A stretch of DNA of 38,510 nucleotides, from the IMG/VR virus record IMGVR_UViG_3300005662_003801, positions 1 through 38,510 of that record. One strand, written 5' to 3'. The translations under genes were made by a program, and so were the position numbers. How positions within the stretch are numbered: position 1 is the stretch's first letter; each line of letters starts with the position of its first letter. The notes below the pieces were generated by a model that was not told the DNA's origin, did no database searches, and saw only the letters and a list, made by a program, of their open reading frames with translations. Of this stretch, positions 1-7,928 are shown piece by piece. This DNA is from a virus (taxonomy: Duplodnaviria > Caudoviricetes).

Positions 1-8
1 TATTTATA
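1..8 (-). promoter_or_regulatory. T4-type late (gp55) promoter TATAAATA for the next gene, outside the window
   Basis: Exact TATAAATA on the minus strand, overlapping the stop codon of the 4..612 ORF; g55 is encoded in this window. Confidence 0.55.
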
Positions 9-612
9 TGGTTCCCAAGTCGATAGAAACGCTGGGATTTACTTCAGATTGAAGACCACCAAAATCAAAAACAGAAATTTGAGCACCTGCAACACCAGAA
101 GCAGGCGCACTTTCAGCAACCACAACAGGACCTGGTGGTCCGGGAGGGCCGGGTGGACCAGCAGGACCTCTTAGACCCATTTGACCTTGTGGGCCAGCAA
201 GAACCATTTGTTCCACTATTTTTTCTATAAACTCTTTAGTAATTTCCGGATCTGCTTTTACTATTTGTTTTTCAACAATATAAACCGGAGCTGGTGGTTG
301 TTGTGGTTTTGGTTCTACTGGTTTTGGTTTAAATGTAAACAGTTCGTGTAGTTTAGATTTTGATCCCAGTACGTTTATTACTTTTCCGGTATTGTCTTTA
401 AAAGTGGCTTTAAAAATACCAAGACCTGCTTTTAATGGTGCCGTTTTTGAGGTTTCTTCTGTTAGAATAAATTCACAACCTGCTTGATACGACTCCCAGT
501 TTTGTGTTAATGTAAAAGCGGAATCAGTTTTGTATTGACCTTCCACGTAACCCATACTAGATTTGGTGTTCGTGTTTTTAGAGGAATTAAAATATTGCTT
601 AAACTTATCCAT
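4..612 (-). CDS. Hypothetical protein with a Pro-rich linker and a short collagen-like repeat (putative virion fibre/decoration protein)
   Basis: 202-aa ORF; KPKPVEPKPQQPPAP linker; GPQGQMGLRGPAGPPGPPGPPGPV; 8-nt overlap with the upstream gene. Confidence 0.6.
   Translation of the reverse strand: MDKFKQYFNSSKNTNTKSSMGYVEGQYKTDSAFTLTQNWESYQAGCEFILTEETSKTAPLKAGLGIFKATFKDNTGKVINVLGSKSKLHELFTFKPKPVEPKPQQPPAPVYIVEKQIVKADPEITKEFIEKIVEQMVLAGPQGQMGLRGPAGPPGPPGPPGPVVVAESAPASGVAGAQISVFDFGGLQSEVNPSVSIDLGTI
124..195 (-). repeat. Collagen-like (Gly-X-Y)8 coding repeat
   Basis: GPQ GQM GLR GPA GPP GPP GPP GPV read directly from the sequence. Confidence 0.9.
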
Positions 613-2305
613 TATATTTTGTGTTCCACAGGTCTATAAATTCGGTGAGCATTCTGTATTTACTGTCCTCAAGTACTTCACGCACAATATTTAGTGTGGC
701 GTCAGAAGAAGTTGCTCCAGTAACTGAAGTACCATTACTGTACGCAACTTTATTCCCGTAAGGAGATAAAGAAATACCTAACGGCAACCATTCTAGTGGT
801 GTATACGTTTCTGCTGCAGAACGAGCTGTGGTTGTACCTGCAGACGGCCACCACCAACGATTTCCGGTTATTCCTAAACAAACGCCTTTCATGTAATTGT
901 AATGAGCAGAAACTGCCTGTCTATACAGAGATTTATCTGACCATTGATTAATACCAAAAGTTGACCCTCCGGGATGTAAAAATGGCCATTTTCTAAAATC
1001 GTCTTGTGGTGCTGTGTCTTCTTCAGTTCCGTCAACCACTCTTCCCATTATCTGCAAAGTTCTATACGCACCACCAAGCCAGACAGTAGTGCCATCTCCT
1101 CCTCCAGAAACTATAGGATCTAATGCTTCATACCTCATGTCGTTGTTTAACATTATAGTGAATGGTGGAATATAATCGTAATCGTAAGGAGTACCAGCAT
1201 AAGATATGTCTTGGTATGGACCACCCGTAGCAATTGTGTCATACTGTGGCCAAACAAATGGAATGATTTTTTTGGTAGGTTTTCCTTGTTGTGTTAATTT
1301 ATTATTGATGGCAACACACAAAGACATGCCTTGCATGCTACGCACGCGATTCCAATAAGGAGAATTAAGAGCAGAATAAAAAGAAGGCATAAGCATGTCA
1401 AACGAATTTAATGCTGCACTCATGCCATTAATAAATGCGTCTGCATAAAAGTTTATTCTGTTTAGTAAATCACTGTTTGTTATATTAAGATTATTCAGAC
1501 CATCACTAAAATAGTAGTTCCATGTAGGCCAGTTATATACACCAAATTTGCAATTAGGGAAATAATATCTTAATCCTTGGAAATACACTCCATCCGTTCC
1601 TGTGCCTCCATCGAAAACTTTTGCAATAGTATTTGCTAATTCTGTGAAATTTTCTCTTTTGGTTTTGCCTTGGTTATTTTGTGATATTATGGCTCTTGGT
1701 TGTTCCACATAACTAGTTCCACTGTCAAAAGTCACCAGATCCACAGTATCTGATGGACCAGTCATGGTACCAAAACCGTAATGGCCAATATCCCGTTGGC
1801 TTTCAAACCAATTTATGTAAATGTACTTAGTATCGCTTGCAGTTACTCCTTGTAGAACCAAAGCGCGAACTAAACCATTTATTTCTCGTGTAGTTACAAA
1901 ATTAAACGCACTGGTGTCATATCCTTCACCATAACGTAATGATTGTGCTGGTTGATTGCTGGTCCATCCGGTTGTTTGGCCTGGTAAACCATCAGCTCCC
2001 CACAAATAATACGGATCGGATAATTGAGTAAAAGGCATGCGCTGTGCACCTAACGCATTAAACGCAGCCACGTCATTTCTTCCCGGCATCACTCTTATGT
2101 CGTAATCCCATGGCCACGGCCCAGTTCCACCATCATAAAAAAGTAAAAAATCCTTATTATACTTTGTAGTTGGCGAAGTGATACGTACTGGTAAAATTAA
2201 ATACTTAAATTTATCCGTAATATTTAAATTGAATATATTTTTTCTCCCAGTATAAACATACTTGGGAATGATAGTGTTTAATGTTTCTCGTACTTTAATT
2301 TTCAT
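605..2305 (-). CDS. Putative glycoside hydrolase, GH56 (hyaluronidase)-like TIM barrel; possibly virion-associated
   Basis: Motifs in GH56 order: YIYINWFE (cf. VIDWE), LRYYFPNCKFGVYNWP (cf. LRP..LWGYYLFP), DMLMPSFY (cf. ALYPSIY), KIIPFVW, GGDGTTVW (cf. GAAGVVLW). Confidence 0.45.
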   Translation of the reverse strand: MKIKVRETLNTIIPKYVYTGRKNIFNLNITDKFKYLILPVRITSPTTKYNKDFLLFYDGGTGPWPWDYDIRVMPGRNDVAAFNALGAQRMPFTQLSDPYYLWGADGLPGQTTGWTSNQPAQSLRYGEGYDTSAFNFVTTREINGLVRALVLQGVTASDTKYIYINWFESQRDIGHYGFGTMTGPSDTVDLVTFDSGTSYVEQPRAIISQNNQGKTKRENFTELANTIAKVFDGGTGTDGVYFQGLRYYFPNCKFGVYNWPTWNYYFSDGLNNLNITNSDLLNRINFYADAFINGMSAALNSFDMLMPSFYSALNSPYWNRVRSMQGMSLCVAINNKLTQQGKPTKKIIPFVWPQYDTIATGGPYQDISYAGTPYDYDYIPPFTIMLNNDMRYEALDPIVSGGGDGTTVWLGGAYRTLQIMGRVVDGTEEDTAPQDDFRKWPFLHPGGSTFGINQWSDKSLYRQAVSAHYNYMKGVCLGITGNRWWWPSAGTTTARSAAETYTPLEWLPLGISLSPYGNKVAYSNGTSVTGATSSDATLNIVREVLEDSKYRMLTEFIDLWNTKYNG

Positions 2306-2434
2306 TTAATCATCCGAATATAAAATAATATATTTTATCACTTTAATTATTTTTATTTTTAAATGATTGAATTGTTCATCGATTTCATCAAAATAAGATA
2401 TCTTTTCAGAAGATTCTCTTATTTTTAGTTTCAC
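2306..2434 (-). CDS. Unannotated 42-aa micro-protein MKLKIRESSEKISYFDEIDEQFNHLKIKIIKVIKYIILYSDD
   Basis: GTG start overlaps the upstream TGA (GTGA); GGAG 7 nt upstream; TAA abuts the next ATG; fills the gap exactly; ungapped similarity to the N-terminus of 605..2305. Confidence 0.7.
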   Translation of the reverse strand: MKLKIRESSEKISYFDEIDEQFNHLKIKIIKVIKYIILYSDD

Positions 2435-2844
2435 TGCACTACTCCATTTTCGATAGAAACTCGTCCTTCAACAAGTCTCTGAGAATAAGTTGTGCCTATT
2501 ATCAGATCCAAATCGTAAAAATACTTACCGTACGGAAGAGCTTCGGTGGAATTATGATCCAAAGTGATATAAATTCCTCCAGTCAAACCGGTTCCATCAT
2601 ATTTTTTATTCAAACTAATACTACCACTACCAGCTTTACCAGTAGTAAATCCTCCAGTATAACCGTAAGTCAATCCTGTGGTACTAACAAACAATAAAGG
2701 GTAATCTGCACCTCTATACCGCTTTATTTGCATTTCTGCAGTATAATTGGTTAAATTAACTCCAGTATTTCCGTCTGTTAAGTACTGAATCCAGAGGTCA
2801 AAATTAGAACCTTTATTGATCGATAAGTCGTATTTTGCTGTCAT
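2431..2844 (-). CDS. Putative virion structural/adaptor beta-sandwich protein
   Basis: 137 aa with the pattern NLTNYTAEMQIK...GKYFYDLDL...RLVEGRVSI, which I recognise from phage tail/baseplate accessory proteins; preceded by a late promoter. Confidence 0.55.
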   Translation of the reverse strand: MTAKYDLSINKGSNFDLWIQYLTDGNTGVNLTNYTAEMQIKRYRGADYPLLFVSTTGLTYGYTGGFTTGKAGSGSISLNKKYDGTGLTGGIYITLDHNSTEALPYGKYFYDLDLIIGTTYSQRLVEGRVSIENGVVQ

Positions 2845-2866
2845 ACGAGTATTTATGACTTATCGA
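2820..2866. repeat. 10-bp perfect inverted repeat enclosing a late promoter and a start codon
   Basis: TCGATAAGTC (2820-2829) and GACTTATCGA (2857-2866). Confidence 0.75.
2850..2857 (-). promoter_or_regulatory. Late promoter CATAAATA, 5 nt upstream of ATG (likely leaderless)
   Basis: Minus strand CATAAATA-CTCGT-ATG; same geometry as at g3. Confidence 0.65.
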
Positions 2867-4104
2867 CTTGCTACTTTTCGTTGTTTAAACGTTCTTTTTG
2901 GAAGTTGTGCTGGAAAAAGAGCAGGCTTATGATCCCTTTTTTCGCTTTGTTTCTTTGCTTGTTCGTTAATCTGTTCTATTAAATGCATTTGTTTGGTGTC
3001 TTCAAAAAACTTCAAGTATTGTTGCATGTTATTTTGAACACGTTCCACATGTGATTCTGGTAACAGATTTTCAGTTAAAAGCTTCTTACAGGCAGCATAA
3101 CCCATATGAGGCTTACCAGCATAAAAAGCGGTGGATGCAATTTCATCTAAAATTGCGTATTTGTACACGTCTGCAGAAACAAACAAAATATCATGTTCTG
3201 GATACGGTAGATCTAATGCCATCTTGGCGTATAAAAATGCCAGTCTGGGATGATTCATTAAACGATAAATTTTGGCAATTTGATGTAATGGTTCTGCTCG
3301 TATTGGTCGGAGTTCCCATGCTTCCAAAAATGCTTGTTGTATTTCTATCCAAGGCTTATTTAACAGTCCTTTACACATAGCCAACCGGTAAGCTGCGTAG
3401 AACTGTTCTTCTTCCCAACCACCCATTTCTATTCTTTTGTGATAAGCTTGTTCTGCTTTTTCCCATTGTTGTGAATCAAAATAGCTTTGAGCCAGATAGA
3501 ATTGATAACGAACATTGGTTGGTTCGTCTATTAATGCCTTTTCTAATAATTCTGCATCCTTTTTATATTTCTCTATTGGATCAATATCCTTATTTCTGGC
3601 ACCCAGAGTTCTGGCAACAATCTGATATTTACCGTCCAGTTTTGCAATGTTGGGTTGTTTGCCTTCAATGTTAGGATACTCGTGAAGAATACCAATGTAT
3701 TTCCACGATCTACCTGTACGGAATATTTGGGTTCTCCACCACTCAAATTCTCCACGAGCAAACTTTAAAGCCCATCCGTCTACTTCATTGGGTATATTAG
3801 TTGGAAATTGAAACTGGCCTTCAATAAAATCGTCTGCATCAATCATCCACGCCCAATCCGCCTTGCCATCGCATAGAGCTAGAGCTTCCGAACGATTATG
3901 GCCAAATCCTACCCATGGGCGTTCGTGTAATTCGCCTGGGATACCCTTTTCTGCAAAATAATTTTTAATAAAATCTTGAGTGCCATCAGTAGAACCAGTG
4001 TCTACAATTACCCAATAATCAACATACTGGGCGATAGTATCAAAACATTCTTTGATGATGTGGGTTTCATTCTTTACAATCATTGACAGGCATAATTTAT
4101 GCAT
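2860..4104 (-). CDS. GT2-family glycosyltransferase with C-terminal TPR repeats
   Basis: LSMIVKNE, IVDTGSTDGT, FGHNRS, MIDAD (DxD), ILHE; TPR-like RYQFYLAQSYFDSQQWEKAEQAY. Confidence 0.85.
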   Translation of the reverse strand: MHKLCLSMIVKNETHIIKECFDTIAQYVDYWVIVDTGSTDGTQDFIKNYFAEKGIPGELHERPWVGFGHNRSEALALCDGKADWAWMIDADDFIEGQFQFPTNIPNEVDGWALKFARGEFEWWRTQIFRTGRSWKYIGILHEYPNIEGKQPNIAKLDGKYQIVARTLGARNKDIDPIEKYKKDAELLEKALIDEPTNVRYQFYLAQSYFDSQQWEKAEQAYHKRIEMGGWEEEQFYAAYRLAMCKGLLNKPWIEIQQAFLEAWELRPIRAEPLHQIAKIYRLMNHPRLAFLYAKMALDLPYPEHDILFVSADVYKYAILDEIASTAFYAGKPHMGYAACKKLLTENLLPESHVERVQNNMQQYLKFFEDTKQMHLIEQINEQAKKQSEKRDHKPALFPAQLPKRTFKQRKVASR

Positions 4105-4122
4105 TATTTAAATCTCCGTTAA

Positions 4123-4130
4123 TATTTATA
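4123..4130 (-). promoter_or_regulatory. T4-type late promoter TATAAATA for the GT2-TPR gene
   Basis: Intergenic TATAAATA-TTAAC-GGAGA-TTTAAATA-ATG, including a Shine-Dalgarno GGAG. Confidence 0.7.
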
Positions 4131-4142
4131 CAAAATTTACAA

Positions 4143-4838
4143 TTAATTTTGAATTAGTTTACCGTTTCCTCTAACAACGCATGGAAACAAAAATCGCTTT
4201 GCATCATAACTTATAACTGGAACATTATTTAATTTTAAGTTTTCTGCCAATAATAATTCATTATTAAATTCACAAACAGAAGAAAGGTGCTGTAGATTAT
4301 CAAACGTGGAAGAGTACTTATCCATATTTTTACTATTGCCAATAGCAAAAAAATCATTAAATCCTGAGCCATGTACTCTATTAGATACGTGTATATGATT
4401 TTTATCAAACACAGAAATGTCTAAACTTGATCTAAACCAACAATCCATTCTGGATCTTATAACGTAATCGTATTCAAAATTGTTTTTTATTTCGTATTGT
4501 TTTTTTAATTCGTTTGATTGTTTTATGGAATAAAACATAGATTGTGAATTTTGTGCGGTACAATTACAGCACCAATCTGGTATTTTATAGGTATTAGTAA
4601 AATCAAACTGTTCTTCTATTAGTATGCTTTTGGGTTTTAATTGTTGGAGTAAAATAGGATAATCGTTAAAAGACCACTCATTCTGATAATCCCCTTCTAT
4701 TCTTTCTTTATGTTTGTTATTACACCAAGTATGAATAAAAACATCACATTCATTTATTTCAATTAAATTAGATTGTAAAGAATGTAATGCTGTAGAAACT
4801 ATTCTGGGTTGGCCAGATAAACATAACGCAATTTTCAT
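4143..4838 (-). CDS. Putative glycosyltransferase-like protein, 'KIALCLSGQPR' family (paralogue 1)
   Basis: KIALCLSGQPR, DVFIHTW, SMFYS, YDYVIRSRMD, NDFFAIG, NELLL; motifs shared with 10739..11623 and 15499..16242. Confidence 0.5.
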   Translation of the reverse strand: MKIALCLSGQPRIVSTALHSLQSNLIEINECDVFIHTWCNNKHKERIEGDYQNEWSFNDYPILLQQLKPKSILIEEQFDFTNTYKIPDWCCNCTAQNSQSMFYSIKQSNELKKQYEIKNNFEYDYVIRSRMDCWFRSSLDISVFDKNHIHVSNRVHGSGFNDFFAIGNSKNMDKYSSTFDNLQHLSSVCEFNNELLLAENLKLNNVPVISYDAKRFLFPCVVRGNGKLIQN

Positions 4839-5689
4839 TACTGTACTCTTTTTATAATATTTTTACATACACCTTCTAAAGTAAAATAATCCTCATATAA
4901 TTCTTTTATTTTTATTTTCATTGAGTTGTATTGTTCGTCGGTTATATTAGTTAAAATAGATTTAATATCATTAATCTGATCTGGTGTTATTATAACACAG
5001 AACTGTTTCCAGTCTAATTCGTCTGACCAAGGTAAATCGTGCGTATCACTCACATACACTGGTACGGTATCCAATTGCATGGCTTCGTATAATCTGAAGC
5101 TGGTGGTTCCATAACCACGAGGACATAACGTATATTTACTTCTTAAAGTAATATCAGTAAACTTTACTATCTGATCTTCTTGAATTGTGGAAGACCAGTT
5201 ACTAGTTTCTATTTTAAAATCACAATCTGCTTTATATGTTTCAAGTATTTTACTTCTTATAGGATGCGTAATTGATCCAACAAACGAACAAAATATATCT
5301 TTTTCTTTTTGTTTAATGTATTTGTTTGGTAATTTAGAACAAATTAGTGGAATTGGTATTTTATTTGGACCTGTATAATTACCACCAGCACAAAATACTT
5401 TAGTCTTTGGTGGTAGACGATGCATTCTGGGAGCATCATCATGCTGACAAACCACAAAATATTCAAAATTTGGATGCAATGAATTTAAATAATTTTGTAA
5501 AATTTGCAAATTATGCCCGTCATTATAACAAGTAGTCCAAGATACTGGGATAAACTGTGTTAGAGTTGCAATTCCATTATTACAAAAATAATTTATAAAA
5601 TGTTCTTCCAAATAATATCCTTGATGATATGAAGGATATGTTGGGTATTTGGGTTTTGGTAAAAAATCAAGATGGTATTTGTTGTACAT
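4838..5689 (-). CDS. Exostosin-family (GT47-like) glycosyltransferase
   Basis: DIFCSFVGSITHPIR, SKYTLCPRGYG, SFRLYEAMQLDTVPV, LPWSDELDW. Confidence 0.8.
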   Translation of the reverse strand: MYNKYHLDFLPKPKYPTYPSYHQGYYLEEHFINYFCNNGIATLTQFIPVSWTTCYNDGHNLQILQNYLNSLHPNFEYFVVCQHDDAPRMHRLPPKTKVFCAGGNYTGPNKIPIPLICSKLPNKYIKQKEKDIFCSFVGSITHPIRSKILETYKADCDFKIETSNWSSTIQEDQIVKFTDITLRSKYTLCPRGYGTTSFRLYEAMQLDTVPVYVSDTHDLPWSDELDWKQFCVIITPDQINDIKSILTNITDEQYNSMKIKIKELYEDYFTLEGVCKNIIKRVQ

Positions 5690-6323
5690 TTTTCACTATA
5701 TTCATTAAATTTATTTTATCTTGAATTCCTACAGAAAAATTTGCGTGATGTAGTATTAAATTGTTTGGGATTTCTGGTAGCTCTTCTCCATGCCAGACTT
5801 TGCCACCATTACTCATCCAAATACTGAAATATTGATATCCCAATAGAGAAAGAGAAACGTCATAATTTTTATAAATTGCATTTAATGCTATCTGATCGTT
5901 TGGAAATATTTTATTTTTTATTAAAGTTTTTATGTCTTGGAATAATTTTTTAGTTTTAGTATTTGATCTTATAATCATAAAACCACAACACGCACTTCCC
6001 ATATCTGATTGAGCACAAATATCAAACATTTCATAATGTACTGTTTCCAAATTTTGTTTTATATCTTTAAAAAACTGAATATCACAGTCGGCGTGTATAA
6101 AGTATTCACCTTCTGGAGTTTCATCAATAGAATGCAAAATATAATCAATTTTATCAGACATAGTATCATTCCAGCCTTCGTCCATGAATTTACCGGTATT
6201 GCACTTCTGATCAAATTTTCTTACCACCAGCTCAAAATCTTGGTTTGTGTTTTTTAATGATGGAATAAACCATTCGTTTAAAAATACTTCATGTGAAGGA
6301 GTATAAAAGGTATAAATTTTCAT
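5667..6323 (-). CDS. Nucleotide-diphospho-sugar transferase (GT77-like)
   Basis: FIHADCDIQFF (DxD), CCGFMIIRS, NDQIALN, LHHANF. Confidence 0.7.
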   Translation of the reverse strand: MKIYTFYTPSHEVFLNEWFIPSLKNTNQDFELVVRKFDQKCNTGKFMDEGWNDTMSDKIDYILHSIDETPEGEYFIHADCDIQFFKDIKQNLETVHYEMFDICAQSDMGSACCGFMIIRSNTKTKKLFQDIKTLIKNKIFPNDQIALNAIYKNYDVSLSLLGYQYFSIWMSNGGKVWHGEELPEIPNNLILHHANFSVGIQDKINLMNIVKNVQQIPS

Positions 6324-7243
6324 TACGTTAAATATTCTTTATTTGTTAAATAAGTTGTCAAATCTTTGGTAACACTCCATCCCAGAATAGATTTTGCTTT
6401 ACTGTTGTCTGCTAAAGTATGTCTTGCTTCTCCTTTACGGGCAGGAACAAATACATATTCTCCTTCCATAGATTTTGCAATATCTACCACTGAATGGGCG
6501 GTTCCAGTTCCTATGTTTATAATTTCGCCATTTAAATTAGTTTGATTATTCATGCACGCAATATTGGCAGAAACTATATCAGAAACGTGAACGTAATCTC
6601 TGGTTTGTAAACCGTCCCCTACTACTGTCATTGGTTCTCCTGCTTTCTTTTGTCTGGAGAACACTCCAATTACAGGGGCATAAGAGCCACGCACAGGCTG
6701 TCTGGGACCGTACACGTTAAAATACCGCATACACACTGTGTCTACACTATACAGCGTAGAGTACAGTTTGCATAATCCTTCAGAGAACCATTTAGAATAC
6801 GAGTACATGTTTAAACAGTCTGGTATTTGTGATTCTTTTTGTGGTGCTTCTTCAGATAAACCGTATATCGCAGATGTACTGGATAGAATTACTCGTTTTG
6901 TTCCGTACATTCTGGCGGCTTCCAGAATATTTTGTGTGCCCATAGTATTGCTGTTTAATGCTTTACTTGGAGTATTAATACAGTTTTGTATTCTGGCTTC
7001 TGCAGCTAAATGAAAAACGTATTCTGGGCGATGCCTTTCAAATATACCATTAACTGCATGAGCTTTACTCACATCTTCTTCGTAATACGTTGCTTTATCA
7101 TTAAAATAAAATTGATCGTGTGCGTCGGAAGATAGATTGTCGATAACAACAACTTCATGGCCGTCTGATATCAGTTTATCAACCAGATTAGATCCGATAA
7201 ATCCACATCCGCCTGTTACTATTATTTTATTTTCGGATTTCAT
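6323..7243 (-). CDS. NAD-dependent epimerase/dehydratase (extended SDR, GalE/WbpP-like)
   Basis: VTGGCGFIGSNL, FHLAA, SST, YSYSK (YxxxK), RYFNVYGP, GDGLQTRDY. Confidence 0.9.
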   Translation of the reverse strand: MKSENKIIVTGGCGFIGSNLVDKLISDGHEVVVIDNLSSDAHDQFYFNDKATYYEEDVSKAHAVNGIFERHRPEYVFHLAAEARIQNCINTPSKALNSNTMGTQNILEAARMYGTKRVILSSTSAIYGLSEEAPQKESQIPDCLNMYSYSKWFSEGLCKLYSTLYSVDTVCMRYFNVYGPRQPVRGSYAPVIGVFSRQKKAGEPMTVVGDGLQTRDYVHVSDIVSANIACMNNQTNLNGEIINIGTGTAHSVVDIAKSMEGEYVFVPARKGEARHTLADNSKAKSILGWSVTKDLTTYLTNKEYLT

Positions 7244-7928
7244 TATGATCCTTATGTAAATGAATTATTTTTGCTTCCACCGGCATTTTCCACATTTCTG
7301 GATAAGCGTATCCTGGATGTAAAACCACATCTGGTGGATTAATAGTCATATATTTATTCATATAACTTTCATCGTGCCATAAAGCAATATAATTCTTCTT
7401 TATGTCTTTTTCAAACCAGCCTTTTATAGTTTCTGACATTTTAATAAACTGTTCAGAGCTTGCTCCCTGAAAACAATTTTGGTAATACTGTTTTTGATTA
7501 GGATCGTCTAAAGAAACGTATGCTCCTGATTCAGGATTTCTGTCGTAAGTAAATTTTGATGTATCTTCTTTCCAAAAGAAACTACCAGGATGCTGCACAC
7601 ACACCAAATTTCCTAGTATTTCTTTTCCTATTCTTGAAACAATTTTCATATCAGAATCTATATGAAAAACATAATCGTATTCTTTTAATTTATCTTTTAT
7701 TTCCATATAGTAATGATATCTTAAAATAGTTCCTAACGGATGAGGTGTGTGTGTGATGTAATGACCTTCTATGTTAAGTTTTGTTATATTCTCTACTTGT
7801 ACTGGTTGATTACCAAACACAAACAAAGTAATATCGTCAAACTCACAAAAAGTGTCTATACTTTTTGCCAAACCTGGAATAAAATTAATATACTTATTGG
7901 TTGCTATTGTTAGAAATGCTATTTTCAT
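7227..7928 (-). CDS. GT6-family glycosyltransferase (ABO/alpha-1,3-Gal(NAc) transferase family)
   Basis: IATNKY, YDYVFHIDSDM (DxD), QHPG, FTYDRNPESGAY, ALWHDESYMNKY, LHPGYAYP. Confidence 0.85.
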   Translation of the reverse strand: MKIAFLTIATNKYINFIPGLAKSIDTFCEFDDITLFVFGNQPVQVENITKLNIEGHYITHTPHPLGTILRYHYYMEIKDKLKEYDYVFHIDSDMKIVSRIGKEILGNLVCVQHPGSFFWKEDTSKFTYDRNPESGAYVSLDDPNQKQYYQNCFQGASSEQFIKMSETIKGWFEKDIKKNYIALWHDESYMNKYMTINPPDVVLHPGYAYPEMWKMPVEAKIIHLHKDHNEIRK

